A stretch of 64,000 bases of DNA from the human T2T-CHM13v2.0 reference genome, Homo sapiens (GCF_009914755.1 NC_060944.1); one strand, 5' to 3'. Positions 1-20,400 are shown, numbered from the stretch's first letter. Numbers and translations: made by a program. The notes: generated from the sequence alone by a model not told the origin.

Positions 1-278
1 GGGCTTGTTTTATTTCATAAAAAAATGAATAGAGAATCACTGATAATGAGATATACTTCATTAAATTTACTAAATGTCAAGCATTCAGAAGAGATAAACA
101 GATTAATCTTTACATATTTTGAAATTGTTTTATAGCTCTTGGATGTTCTAAGTTTTTTCCACTTTTAATTTCCTCTTTATATTTCGGCTTGCAAAGTTTC
201 CATTGACATATCTTCAAACTCATTGATTCTTTCCTTGGCAAAGTTGAGTCCATGGTAAGCTCTTTGAAAACACATTTC
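1..278 (-). mobile_element. Old L1M fragment (ORF1-region-like, antisense)
   Basis: Decayed antisense L1-like sequence, e.g. 'ttgacatatcttcaaactcattgattctttccttgg'. Recognised by eye only. Confidence 0.45.
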
Positions 279-2840
279 TTCCCACCCCCCACTTCAAGAA
301 GGTGGATTAGAGGCCTTTAGCTTTCCTCAGCCACTTGGAAATAGCAAAATAGTACATAAAGATGAACTCTGTGAGCTTTAATTCAAGAAGAAAAATGGGA
401 ATCTACCAGAATAGTAAAGGACACCGCAGATCCCGGGGAAGAGAAGTGGGCAAACAGCCACCTAGGGGACTCACCTTTCCACTGCAGATCCATGCAACCC
501 AGGCCAAGGGAGAGCACATTATTTCTTCCAAGTCCCTGGAGCTAACTTGGATGGAGGCTTGGAGACACAGAGAGGGAAAGACGTCGGGAAAAGCTGCGAT
601 CATTTTCCCAGACCCAGGTTGGAGACGAGGATGCCATTTTTAATCCAGGCTCATACAAAGTCAGTCATTCTTTGGCAATTTGGCAACACGGCCTCACAGT
701 CATTTTAGTGTCAGGCCAGAGATTGAAGCACTTGCTCTAGAGTAGTATAGAGCTTCCACAGCTGGAATTGAGCAGCAGGGGTGGAAAGCACCCCAGCAGT
801 AGGTGCTAGAATTGTGCTTTCCCCCATTGCAGGTCTGGAGTGGGAGGAGAGTTGCTGTAGCTGTGGGTTCTTTGGGCAATGAGATCTTCAGACAAGGCCA
901 ACTTGGCAACCTAGAGCCAATCTGCATGTGTCATTATGAGGTGCCCCAGCCTGCTCCCTAGAGATTGTGGTGTAGTGGGGCACTCTCTGCTCCATGGCCA
1001 GGTAGATTTCCAGGCATTCTGAGTGTCTGTTCACCTGGATAAGCTGCCGAAGCCACCCCACCCTTCTTGTGAAGAGATTGTGGTGCAGTGGGGCTCTTTC
1101 TGTTCCATACCCAGGCAGCTCTCTAGGCACTTGGAGCATTCACTCTCCTAGATGGGAGAGTTAGGCCACTCACCCTTCTTCATGCTGGGAAACTGGGGAA
1201 AAGGAGGTTTCTCAGCTTCATGTCTAGGCACACCTCTAGGCGCTTGGTGGCTGCCCAGTGAGCTTGTCCTTGGAGCTAGTGCTTGTGCCTGATATTGTGG
1301 GACCTGTAGGTGTGCCTGCTTGATCTGGCCCCACCCATCTTGCTCCCACTCTCCAGGGCTGTGCATTCCACAGTGGTCTGAGCTCCCAGAGAGTTTTAAC
1401 CAGGAAGCAAGGATCAAGTATATACCCATCCACATTGGCTGTAGCCAGCTCTTACCCACAAGAGCCACCTACTGGCTTGGAGAAATAATGGCACAGCACT
1501 CTAGGATTTCTGCCGACACAAGTACATAGCACTGGAGAAAGTTAAACTTCCTGACCACTGCCAATTTGGCCCCACAGGAGGCAGTGAGCCTGCTCACATG
1601 CCCAGAACATCACTACTATAACCAGCATTTGGATAAACCATCATAAAAAGGCTACCTATAACCAAGGAATTTATACAGACACTTTGACACTGAAAATACC
1701 CAGAACCGGAGCTCTAACCCTTAGCACAGTTCACCCGTAAGGGATGGGGAAGAGCAGCTGACCAAAGGCCACCTTGGGTAAAAGGCAATGTGGGCGTGGC
1801 ACTAGTCACTGAAGGCAGCACCATCACAGCTCAGGAGCAGACATGGAAAGGAGGTCATCTCATCCCCCATTCCACCCTCCTCAGTGCACTGTTGAAGACT
1901 CAGTAGTAGCTCTTCCCATCAGGGCTCGGAAGCATGGGCTGAAAGAGATCAATTCTAAGCATTCTATAGTGGTTCCACCTCCACTGAAGGTGAATGTATA
2001 CTTGAGGAAAATGCTTTTCATACTTCTTTATTGCCTCTGCTTCTGCACCTACCTGCCAGCTCTTACTCTTAAATGCCAACTACTGGACTGCAGCTTGAAC
2101 TGCACCACCAAACAAAATTACATTGCTACTACAAGCAACATCTGAGAAAGCCATTGCATGAAACTGCCTGCAGCCAAGGAGTCCATACAGAGCGTTGGCA
2201 CCCTGAAAGCACCCAGAAACTAAGCCAATTAGTCATGTTTAATATACACCACAGTTGTATCTACAAGGGAAGAAAGAGCAAAAAATCAAGAAGTCCCATC
2301 CAAACAAAAGTAAAATTAAAAAAAAAAAAAAGAGGAAACATGAGCTCTCTCAGATGAGAAGGAATCAGTGCAAGAACGCTGGCAATTAAAAAAGCCAGAG
2401 TGTTTCATTACCACCAAAAGATCCCATTAGCTTCCAAGCAATGGAACCTAACCAGAATGAAATGTCTGAAATGGCAGACACAGAATTCAGAATTTGAATG
2501 GCAAAGAAACTCAATGAGATCCAAGAGGAAGTTCAAATCCAACACAAAGAAAACAGAAAAATGATACGAGTATTGAAAGACAACACAGTTATTAATAAAA
2601 AACCAAACATAACTTCTGGAATTAAAAAATTTCCCCATTAACTACAAGTGCTTCAAAATACAGTTGGAAGCCTTAACAACAGATTAGACCAAGTAGAAGA
2701 AAGAATTTCACAGCTTGAAGACTAGTTCCTCAAATTAACCGAGTCAAAAGAAATAAAGAAAAAAATAATGTAAAAAATAAAGCCTTTACAAAATATGAGA
2801 TTATGTAAAGGGACTACATATATGATTTATTGGCATCATT

Positions 2841-6448
<3,608 letters not shown>

Positions 6449-6699
6449 GGCATTCTTGATATAGAAGAAGAGAAAGTAAGCCACTTGGAAAATATATTTG
6501 AGGATATGGTTTAGAAAAATATCCCCAGTCTTGGTAGAGAGGTTTACATGATATAAGAAATCCAGAGACCTCCTGCAAGATACTCTACAAGACAACCATG
6601 ACAACCATTACCAAGGCACATAGTCGTCAGACTACCCAAGGCCAGTGCAAAAGAAAAAATCTTAAAGGCAGCTAGAGAAAAGGGCCATATTACCTATAA

Positions 6700-7074
<375 letters not shown>

Positions 7075-9328
7075 TGGGGAACCATTTTTAGCATTCTAAA
7101 ATAGAAGAAATGTCAGCCAAGAATTATATGTCTTCCCAAAGCAAGCTCCTTAAACAAAGGAGAAATAAAGTATTGCCCAGACAAGCAATTCCTAAGGAAA
7201 TTTGTCACCACCAGAATGGCCCTACAAAAGATGATTAAGGGAGTTCTAAACATGGAAATGAAAGAATGATACTTTCTACTACAAAAGCACACATACGCAC
7301 ATAGCCCACAGACTCTATAAAGCAACTACACAACTGAGACAGCAAAGCAACTCGCTAATAACAGTATGACAGAAAAATAACCTCACATATCAACAGTAAC
7401 CTTAAACAAATCCTTAACTCATTATATGAAACCGGTATCATTCTGATACCAAAATTTGGCAAATGCACAACAACAAAAAAGAAAACTATAGGTCTATATC
7501 CCTGATATAGTTGCAAAACTCCTCAACAAAATACCAGCAAAGTGAACCCAACAGCACAACAAAAGGTTAATTCAACACAATCAAGTGGGCATCATTCCTG
7601 GAATGCAACGATGGTTCAACATACGCAAATTAATAAACATGATTCACCACATAAATATAATTAAAAGCAAAGACTGTATGATCATTTTAATAGATACAGA
7701 AAAAGCATTTGATAAAATTCAGCATCTCTTCATGATAAAAACCTTCAAGAAACTAGACGTCAAAGGGACAAACCTCAAAATAATAAGAGTCAACTATGAG
7801 AAGTCCATCATCAACATCCTACTGAATGGGCAAAAGCTGGAAGCACTACTTTAAGAACTGAAACAAGGCAGCGATGTCCACTCTCACCACTTCTGTTTAA
7901 CATAGTATTGAAAGCCCAAGCCAGAGCCATCAGGCAACAGAAAGAAATAAAAGTCATCCAAATACGAAAAGAGGAAGTCAAATTATTTCTCTTTCCTGCT
8001 CATATGATTCTATGCCTCTAGAATCCTAAATAATCCACCAAAAGACTCCTAGACCTGATAAACAATTTCAGCAAAGTCTCAGGATATGAAATAAACATGC
8101 AAAAGTCAGCAGCGTTCTATACAACAATAACATTCAAGCTGAGGATCAAATGAAGAGTGCAGTCCCATTTAAAATAGCCAGATAAAAAATAAAATACCTA
8201 GGAATACACCTAATCATGGAGGTAAAAGATCTCTATGAGGAGAATTACAAAAACTGTTAAAATAAATTATACATGACACAAACAAATAGAAAAGCATTCC
8301 ATGCTCATGGATTGGAAGAATCAATATTGTCCAAAGCGATGTTCAAAGCAATCTACAAATTCACCTCTATTTCTGTCAAACTACCAACTTCATATTGCAC
8401 ATAATTAGAAAATACTAGTCTAAACTTCATATAGTATCAGAAAAAGATCCTGCATAGCCAAGGCAATGTAGAGCAAAAAGAACAGACCTAGAGAAATCAC
8501 ATTATTGCTTCACACTATATCTCAAGGCTACAGTAACCAAAACAGCATGGTACTGGCACAAAAATAGACACACAGACCAATGGAAGAGAATAGAGACCCT
8601 TGAAAGAAAGCCACACATCCACAACCAATCTTCAACAAAGTCGACAACAACAACAAAAAACCACAGGGAAAGAACACCCTATTCAATAAATGGTGCTGGG
8701 AAAATTGGCTAACCAATATGCGGAAGAATGAAACTGGACTGTTACCTCTCACCAATACAAAATTTAGCTCAAAATTAACTCAAAAATGTATTAAACACTC
8801 AAACATCGGGTGTCAAATTGTAATAATTATAAAAACTCAACATTAACTCAAAATGATTAAACACTCAAATGTCAGATGCCAAATTATAAAATTTCTAGTA
8901 GAAATCCTGGGAAATTATTATAGGTATTGGTATAGGCAAAGAATTTAGGATGAAGACTCCAAAAGCAAATGCAACAAGTTTTTTAAATAATAGGCAAATG
9001 GGACTTAATTTAACCAAAGAGTTTCTGCACAGCCAAAGAAACTCTCCAAAAGAGCAAGCAGACAACCTACAGAATGAGAGAAAATATTCACAAACTATGC
9101 AGCCAACCAAAGACTAATATCCAGAATCTATAAGGAACTTAAGTGAATCAACAAGAAGAAAACAAACACCTCCATCAACAGGTGGGCAAAGGACATGAAG
9201 AGACATTTCTCAAAAGAAGACATAGAAGTGGCCAACAAACATATGAAAAAATGCTCAACATTACTCTCATCAGAGAAGTGCAAATTAAAACCACAATATG
9301 GTATCATCTTACACCAGTCAGAATGGTA

Positions 9329-9870
9329 ACTGTGTTTATCAGAAACAGCCAAACTATTTTCCAGAATGGCTATACATTTTATGGTACATTTTACTGTACC
9401 ATTTTACTAGCAATGTATTGTTACTAGCATCATATGAGAAATCCAGTAGTTCTACATTTTTTGTCAGCACTTGGCATTAGCAGTATGTTTTTGAAATAAT
9501 TAGTCATTCTAATAAGTGTGTTTTGGTGTCTTATTATAACCTTAAGTCTCACTAAAGGCTAGTGATGTTCAACATCTTTTTGTGGCATGTCTGTCATTCC
9601 TATATCCTGTGTGGAAAAATGTTCAAACTTTTGCCCTTTTTGTAATCAAACTGTTTTTTTTCCCTTACTGTTGAGTTAAAAAAATTATTTATATATTCTG
9701 GATTCAAGTCTTTTGTCAAATATGTAATTTGAAAATAATTTATCTAAATGTATGCCTTGTCTTTTTGTCATTTTAACAGGGTGTTTGCAAAGCAAAGTAT
9801 TTACATTTTGATGAAGTTTAACTTGGTGATATTTTTAATAGATCATGCTTTTGGTGACATGTATGATAAC
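9329..9870 (-). mobile_element. Old L1M ORF2 3' region, antisense
   Basis: 'gccaaactattttccagaatggctatacatttt' and 'ttatatattctggattcaagtcttttgtcaaatatg' resemble antisense L1M sequence. Confidence 0.75.
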
Positions 9871-10183
9871 TCATTATCTAATTTTTAAAATGATTAAAAC
9901 TAGTGAGAAATACATTTTAAAACAAAAATTATAAATAATGAAAAGTTTTTTGAGAGAAGAATGAACATATATGAATGTATATTTGTATACTATATAAATA
10001 CATATAATGATGATGTATACATATAAATATACATACCTGTGTATACATAGCCACAAAATAAATTTGCTAAATAAATCATAAGCAAAGGAAAATATTCAAT
10101 ACCCACTGAAATTTAGACAATTGCCAGACTATATGCCTAGCTTTATAATAATAAATTTAGAAGCTTGAGGGCAATGAATGCTG

Positions 10184-10479
<296 letters not shown>

Positions 10480-10489
10480 CAATAAATGG

Positions 10490-11750
10490 TTTTCTAAAAA
10501 AATTTAAACTATTAAATGTAAAATCTAAACAATACAATAATCATGTGGAAAATGTAGTAATTAAACATATTCCTGCTGAAATGGAAAACAATACATGGGT
10601 CATTATGAATATTTCAAAAAACTCATAAATTTCTGCATTTTGTATAATTTTAAAATAAAAAATGAGAACAAAATTGTCTAGTTAACTAAAAATAATGCAG
10701 TTATGATTGACACCAAATCATGACAAAGTAGCAAAATGGAGACATAAATGACTAAACAATTTATACTTAACAAAATGTGAAATGAAGTCAGAAAATGTCA
10801 ATTACAGTGATCGAATGAAGTTAATATTAAAAATGAAAAAAATCTAAATTTCCAGAAATCTACTAAGAGATTTACTAATTTGATTAATATATCAAATAAA
10901 AAAAATCTAGAAAGTTACAATTATCTCAAAATATTCCATAAAGGTATATAATACAATTCAAAAATACATCTATGGCATATAATAGTTTTAATAGTATTAT
11001 GATAATATTTATTAAAATTATATATGAGGAATATATGCTATATATATGTATATATACCACACACTGGTAACTAGTATCATGATTAATATTAAAACATGAG
11101 GCAGTTTCTCATTTAAATGAGAAACAAAGAAAGGACATTTGCAATAATCACTATTATTTATAATTATTCTGAAAATATAAAAGATATAAATACTGGAAGT
11201 AGAAAGAAAGTAATTATTGTTATTTGCAAATTATGTGATTTTATATTCAAGAAGTTTTAAGAAAAGCAACAACAATTAGAATTAGTGAAAGAATTAAGTA
11301 ATGGGGCCAATCACACAATATTCAAATATAGTTTTCTGATATAATAATAACTCTTCAGATATATAATACAGAAAATGATTACATTCACAATAACAAAACT
11401 AAATATTAATATTTCATGAATATAAAATATTAAAGAACATATATCAGAATAAATGGACACATATTGCATAAAAGATATACAACTCTATATAAAAACTTGG
11501 AAGAAGACAACTAATTGTAGAACAGTGTCTTATATGGCTAAATAACATACTATTGGAAAAAAGACAATTTTCCTCAAATTAACCAATACATTCAATTTAC
11601 ATGGAAAATCCCAATATGATTTCGTTTTTATTTCTTTTTAAGAACTGATAAAAATAATTTTACCTGAGAAGGTAAATAGGCAAAAGTGGCTAGAAAAAAC
11701 CAACAATAAAGGAAGCATAATGAATTTGGTTTACCTAATATTAAAATATA
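10490..11750 (+). mobile_element. Highly decayed L1M(E)-like ORF2 sequence
   Basis: A-rich strand bias with residual L1 ORF2 words, e.g. 'attgttatttgcaaattatgtgatt' (approximately LFADDMI) and 'caataatcactattatttataattattctgaaa'. Confidence 0.55.
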
Positions 11751-11774
11751 TTGAGTGAATCACAGAAAACGGTA

Positions 11775-14750
<2,976 letters not shown>

Positions 14751-15349
14751 CTGATTTCAAAATAAGATTATAAATTATTTGGTGTTGAGATCAGTGGCAT
14801 GTTCCAATTTTGTATTTCTCCCCCAGTTATGAGTGCCATAACTGAATTAAGGGTAAGACCTCATAAACTTCCTGCACTGAATTGAACTAAGGCCAAATTG
14901 GGCCATAGGAACTTTGTACAAAGCTACCTTCAGACTTTAACTTATATCTTATATAAACTTTAATATACCTTTGGGGATTATATTACTTAATTACTATGTT
15001 AAGTTTAAATATACAGCTTAAAACTGCTGATTCCCTTCATTTCTAACTTAAGTCAGTAAAACAAGCATATAAGGAGTGCCTGCTTTGTAGTTGGCAAGGC
15101 ACCTAGGGGCTGGGAAGATGAGGGAACAGAGGCTGAGACTGCAACCAAGCTTAATGCATGGGAAGCACTTTCATCTCTTTGCACTAAAGGCCCTGTTCTA
15201 CCTGCTTCTCTCACTTTCTTACTAATTACTTCTGAAAGCACCATCTCGATAAATTATGTGTGCATGAATCCTCATTTCAGGCTCTGCTTCTAGTTATGCT
15301 GTTTCAAGTTCCTGTACACATATGTATCCCTAAACTTCTTTGCTTTCCT

Positions 15350-16068
15350 TTGTGTAACTAGGAGCTTTGCAGGGGCACTCACTGAACAGGTGCACTGTTC
15401 TCTGAGGAGCACAGCTGGGGATGTGTGAGGGATGAAGGGAGAGATTGCTTCCTGTAGCTGCTGTTGACACAGGAGGAGAGGTTATAGAGATATGGCAAAT
15501 GAAGTCAAGGCTCAGAAAGCTTAATGGTCTTTTTCTGCATTGTAACTGTGGTAAATGGTGGGGATGAGATTAAAATGAATAGATGTCTAAATGCTCATTC
15601 CTAGCCTCATTCTACTGTACTATACTGCACCTCACTGCACGTTTCAATTACACCTAATTAGAACTGACCTAGGGAATAGTGTAGGCTTAAAACCAGCCCC
15701 CAGCAGGTGTTTCCTTTAGTACAGGGCTCTGACAAAACATGTGATGATTCTCTTTGCTCTGGTGCTCATAAATCCCCGATTTCTCTCTTGCCTCTCCTCC
15801 AAAATTCACACCCCAAGTCTTCACATCATCCATGTAAATAATTGAGCAATTTCAGATGAATTTCCTTTAAAATATTGAAATAAAATTTACACCCAGATTC
15901 CAAGTAAACAATATGCGCAGAGTTCAGTTCAGGAACCTCTTCTCCTTGTGTCAACAGCAACTACAGGAAGCAACTTTTGCCTTTATTCCTCACACATCCC
16001 CAGCTGTTCTCCACAGAGAACAATGCACCTGTTCAATGAGTGCCCTTGCAATGCTCCTAGTTACACAA
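15350..16068. repeat. Inverted repeat: arms 15350-15483 and 15934-16068, ~450-bp spacer
   Basis: A manual alignment of the reverse complement of the left arm to the right arm gives ~15 differences in 135 nt. Confidence 0.95.
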
Positions 16069-16090
16069 GAAGAATCCTGGCACAAAAGGC

Positions 16091-16201
16091 TGTCTATGGT
16101 TCATTCTAGAATATGGGAGGAGATTATTTGTCTTGTCTATGGTTCATTCTAGAATATGGGAGATTATTTGTCTTGTCTATGGTTCATTCCAGAATATGGG
16201 A
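16091..16201. repeat. Tandem repeat, ~40-bp unit x2.7
   Basis: Unit tgtctatggttcattctagaatatgggagattatttgtct starts at 16091, 16134 and 16174. Confidence 0.95.
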
Positions 16202-17111
16202 AGAGTTTGGCTCTTTTGCCAGACACTTAACAGTGATCCTCAGCTCTAGACACAAATTCCAGCATGGCAGCCGTTCACAAGTTGCAAGGGTAAAGCCAGG
16301 AAGAGCCATGCCTACCTTGGCTGTCCCCTGAACAAAGACTGAATATAATGATATGAATTGACTGTGCTCACCACAGTAAAATTCTCTTTTTCTCATTTGA
16401 AAATACTCCTTCTGTCAAGTAAAATGACATTCACTTTCAGAGTAGTGCCCCTGAAAGAATTCATAAAGGGAAAATGTTGAGTTAAAGGTGGACCATTGTC
16501 AACAAGGTGTGCTTTCTCTTCATTCAAATGAGGAAGACAAGAAACAAATCAGCTATATTCTGCTTCCTCCAGAGCAGCCCAAATGCAGCTATAGCTTGGA
16601 TTAGAAACGTTTCTTTTAAAACAAGGGGCAAAAAGATGCATTTCCACTTTTTGTCATCTAAAGCTCACAGATGACTATTTTTTTTTTTTTACTATTGACT
16701 TAAGTCTCACTTGCTTTTATTTGTCAAGGGTCTTAGGAGTAGTGTATCACAGACCCACCAAGCCTGCTCCTACCTCATGGTATTTGGAACAGCTGTTCCT
16801 TCTGACTGAAATGCTCTTCCCTTCGGGCTCATTTCTGCAGAGTTAATTTTCTTACCCCCTTCAAGCCTGTGCTCAAATTTCATTTGCTCAATGAAGCCTA
16901 CCCTTTTCCTATTGAATTCTGCCTCTCTGCTTCCCTCTGGCATTTAATTACTCTTCATCAGGCTCTACTGTGCACCTTCCTTGGCATTCATTATTTTCTA
17001 ATATGCCATATAGATTATTTATTTTGCTTATTGTTGATTATCCGTTTCTCCTACACTAGCATGTAAGCTCCTAAAAGACAAGCTGTTCATGTTATTCCTT
17101 GTAGTGCATGC

Positions 17112-17545
17112 CAGTATGTGCTGTTCTGACATCCCCATTGCCTCCCCCTACATCTTTATGACTAAAGCACTCATTCCCCAGCTCCTGGGAATGATGGAAG
17201 CTGACAGCTCAAGAGATTCTCTCTCTTGGATCTGCTCTCTGCATAAGAGCTTCATTTTTCCCAATGTCATGCTCTTCCCCAGAAACATTCTATGTCCAGT
17301 GACTTGTGGATTCAAAGGTACAAAGGCTCAAATTTGTTACCTCCATTCGGGACAACTCTGAAGGGCATCCAGGTTCCACAGCTCTGTGGTAGGTGAGCTG
17401 AGGCCCCTGCTGCAACTGCTCCATGGGCCCGCTTCTCTCTTCTCAGTCTTATTTCCCTTCCTTCCACAGGTGTCAATCCTAACAACATGACCTCCAAACT
17501 TCCTGCTCCTCTAACATTTATTTCGGTCTATTTTCTGAACACCTG
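17112..17545 (+). mobile_element. ERVL solo LTR (LTR16-like)
   Basis: 'actaaagcactcattccccagctcc...aagctgacagctc' and 'tttcccttccttccacaggtgtcaatcc' resemble LTR16. Confidence 0.55.
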
Positions 17546-17719
17546 CAAGAGTATCAGGCAGGACATAGTTGCCTAAGAAATACTGAATGCATGAATGAAT
17601 GTAAATGCAAAAACAACCTCTTCATACAAAACCTCAGTGTTGATAACCAACATGTCTGTGCATACCTTCTTACAGGTCAGATTGGAATTTTCTGGTGAGA
17701 CATTTTTCCATTTTTTTTT

Positions 17720-18320
17720 CACTCAACAATATTTATTAAGCATCTTATGCATCTGGTGAAGATATACCAGTGAATTAAAGGGACAAAATCTCTTCCCCAT
17801 GAATCTAAGATTCTCACAGTGGAGTCAGAAAATATGCTAATAAAAACTGTATATAATAGGATATCGGTCAGTGACAAGAGCCCTGAGGATGTCATAGAAT
17901 GATGTTGTGGGAATGACAGTGATATTTGAAACTGGGCAGTCAGGTAGGCCCCTCTGATGAGGTGAGATCAGCTAAGACAAAAATAAAAGGAAGGAGCGAG
18001 TTACACATATGTCTGGGTTAAGAATGTTCCATGATGAAACACTCTAACAGCATGTGAAAAGGCCCTGGAGAAGAAAGGTGCTTGGTGTTTTGAGAAAAAA
18101 GCAAGGGGGCTGGAATGGAGTGAGCAAAGTGGGGAATAATAGCCAGAGAATATGTGGTGCATTTGGAGCAACAGCCAGTTGCCAGACCAGGCAGGGCCTG
18201 TTGAGAAGTTGGCATTTTATTGGGTGATGGGATGATTTTGAAAGGTTTTGAGCAAGAAGGGGGCATGAGCAGACTTCTATTTTTAAAGGAATCCCATCCT
18301 CTAACTGCCTGTGGCAGTTT
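17720..18320 (-). mobile_element. L2 LINE 3' fragment
   Basis: 'cactcaacaatatttattaagcatc', 'gggcagtcaggtaggcccctctgatgaggtgagat' and 'aaggttttgagcaag' are typical of L2. Confidence 0.7.
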
Positions 18321-18583
18321 GGGACATGTATCAACATCCTGCAAAATTTCTCCATGGCATATACTGTAGTTGCTCAGTGGAAACTCACAGGACAATGTCC
18401 CTTGATGCCACTATTCAGTACTTTTGACTATCACAGAGACCCTAAATACATTGAATTCTGAGTCACTTCTGGATCAACCAACACATTTCCAGAGCCTACC
18501 ATGTGTCAGGGACAGGCCTTATTTGATCCTCATAATCTTTAGAAGTTGACATTGTGATCTCCTTTTGCAGATGAGAACACTGA

Positions 18584-19007
<424 letters not shown>

Positions 19008-19909
19008 CATATCTTATACTTTTTATACAAAACCTGCCACATATATTTGCTCTCCTCTTTTATAGTCTGAGAAGGAGTAGAAGGTAGTAAGAGAAATGAC
19101 CATTCATTGTTCACAGTGTTAAGAAACTTAGACACAGCATTTGAATTGGCCCCCAAACAACTTTGTGAGTAGGTATTATGGTCCCCATTTTATAGATGAA
19201 GACATTGCGATATAAAACCATGTATTCAATGTGTGTTATATTGACTGGCATCATCAGTACCACCTGGGAGCTTGTTAAAAATGAAGAATCTGGAGTCTAA
19301 CCAATAAAACAGAAATAATAACAGCTTCTTTATACATTAGTGCTTCCACTTTTCATTGTATCACTGGACAAGAAATTTATGTTCTCTTTACAAATTCAGA
19401 TTACAATTCAGGTCTACTAACATTTTATTAGCCAAAGCAGGTCACCCAGCCAAGCCCAGCATCAATGCCTGGATACATTCTTTGCCCACAGAAAAAGAGA
19501 AAGTAGAGAATAGTTGCTAAATGCTAAAAACAAACTGTCACAGAGGTTATTAATGAATTGTGGCCATTTTCTTAAGCTTTCTTAATGCATACTAAAGGTC
19601 TTTGCAACTGTTTTGAGGGTATTCTACCAAATTTAACTGTTTATCAAAGGATCATTTTTTAAACATGTACAATGCCATCTCTGGAAGAAATTCTGACAAG
19701 TACAATTTTCTATATCTTCTATCCCCAGACAGGCCTTAGCATAAAGTGGCACCTCAGACAGCTGCCTGGATGGACCACCCATTAATCCGGCCCTGTTCCT
19801 ATTCTAAGGGAAGATTAAAGGCTCTTGGCCAATAGATTAATGATTGTGCATTAAATCAGTTGGACTCCTAACCACCCTTTTTTCTATGAGGTGTGTTAAC
19901 TTTTAGAAA

Positions 19910-20400
19910 ATGTATTGAACTATAAACTATCCCCAGTCAAGAAACTGAATATTACCAGAATAATGAAAGCCCTCCTCTAAGTCTCTCTTCCTGTCACTAT
20001 GCTCCAAAACCGGTATCACTATCTTTACTCTGGTTAACACACATTGGTTTTGCCTTTTTCTGTGCTTTAGATAAAAGGAGTCACAGGCTATGTGCTCTTG
20101 TCTTACTTCTTTCACTTAACATGCTTGTGAAATTCATCTATATTTTTGCATGTAGTTGTAGATCGTTACTTCTCATTCCATATAACATTCATTTATCTAT
20201 ATATTTTATATAAGTATGGACAATTTGGAAACTTCTACTAATTTTTAGCCACTAGGACCAGTGCTGCTATGAATATTCTACTATATCTTTTGTTGAACTT
20301 ATGGACACATTTCCTCTGGGTATACACTTATAAGTAGAATTGCTGGGTGTAGGATTTGTGTATGTTGAGCATTAGTAGATTCTTCCAGCTTGTTTTAAAA
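19910..20400 (-). mobile_element. L1ME-like 3' end fragment
   Basis: 'cttctttcacttaacatgcttgtgaaattcatcta' and 'ctctgggtatacacttataagtagaattgctgggt'. Confidence 0.7.

Noticed and set aside
15350-16068. DNA transposon with long TIRs
   Set aside because: I see no flanking TSD, no recognisable TIR terminus and no transposase remnant. It is kept as an unexplained inverted duplication instead.
16091-16201. CRISPR-like repeat array
   Set aside because: The units are head-to-tail with no unique spacers, the context is primate DNA, and there are no cas genes.
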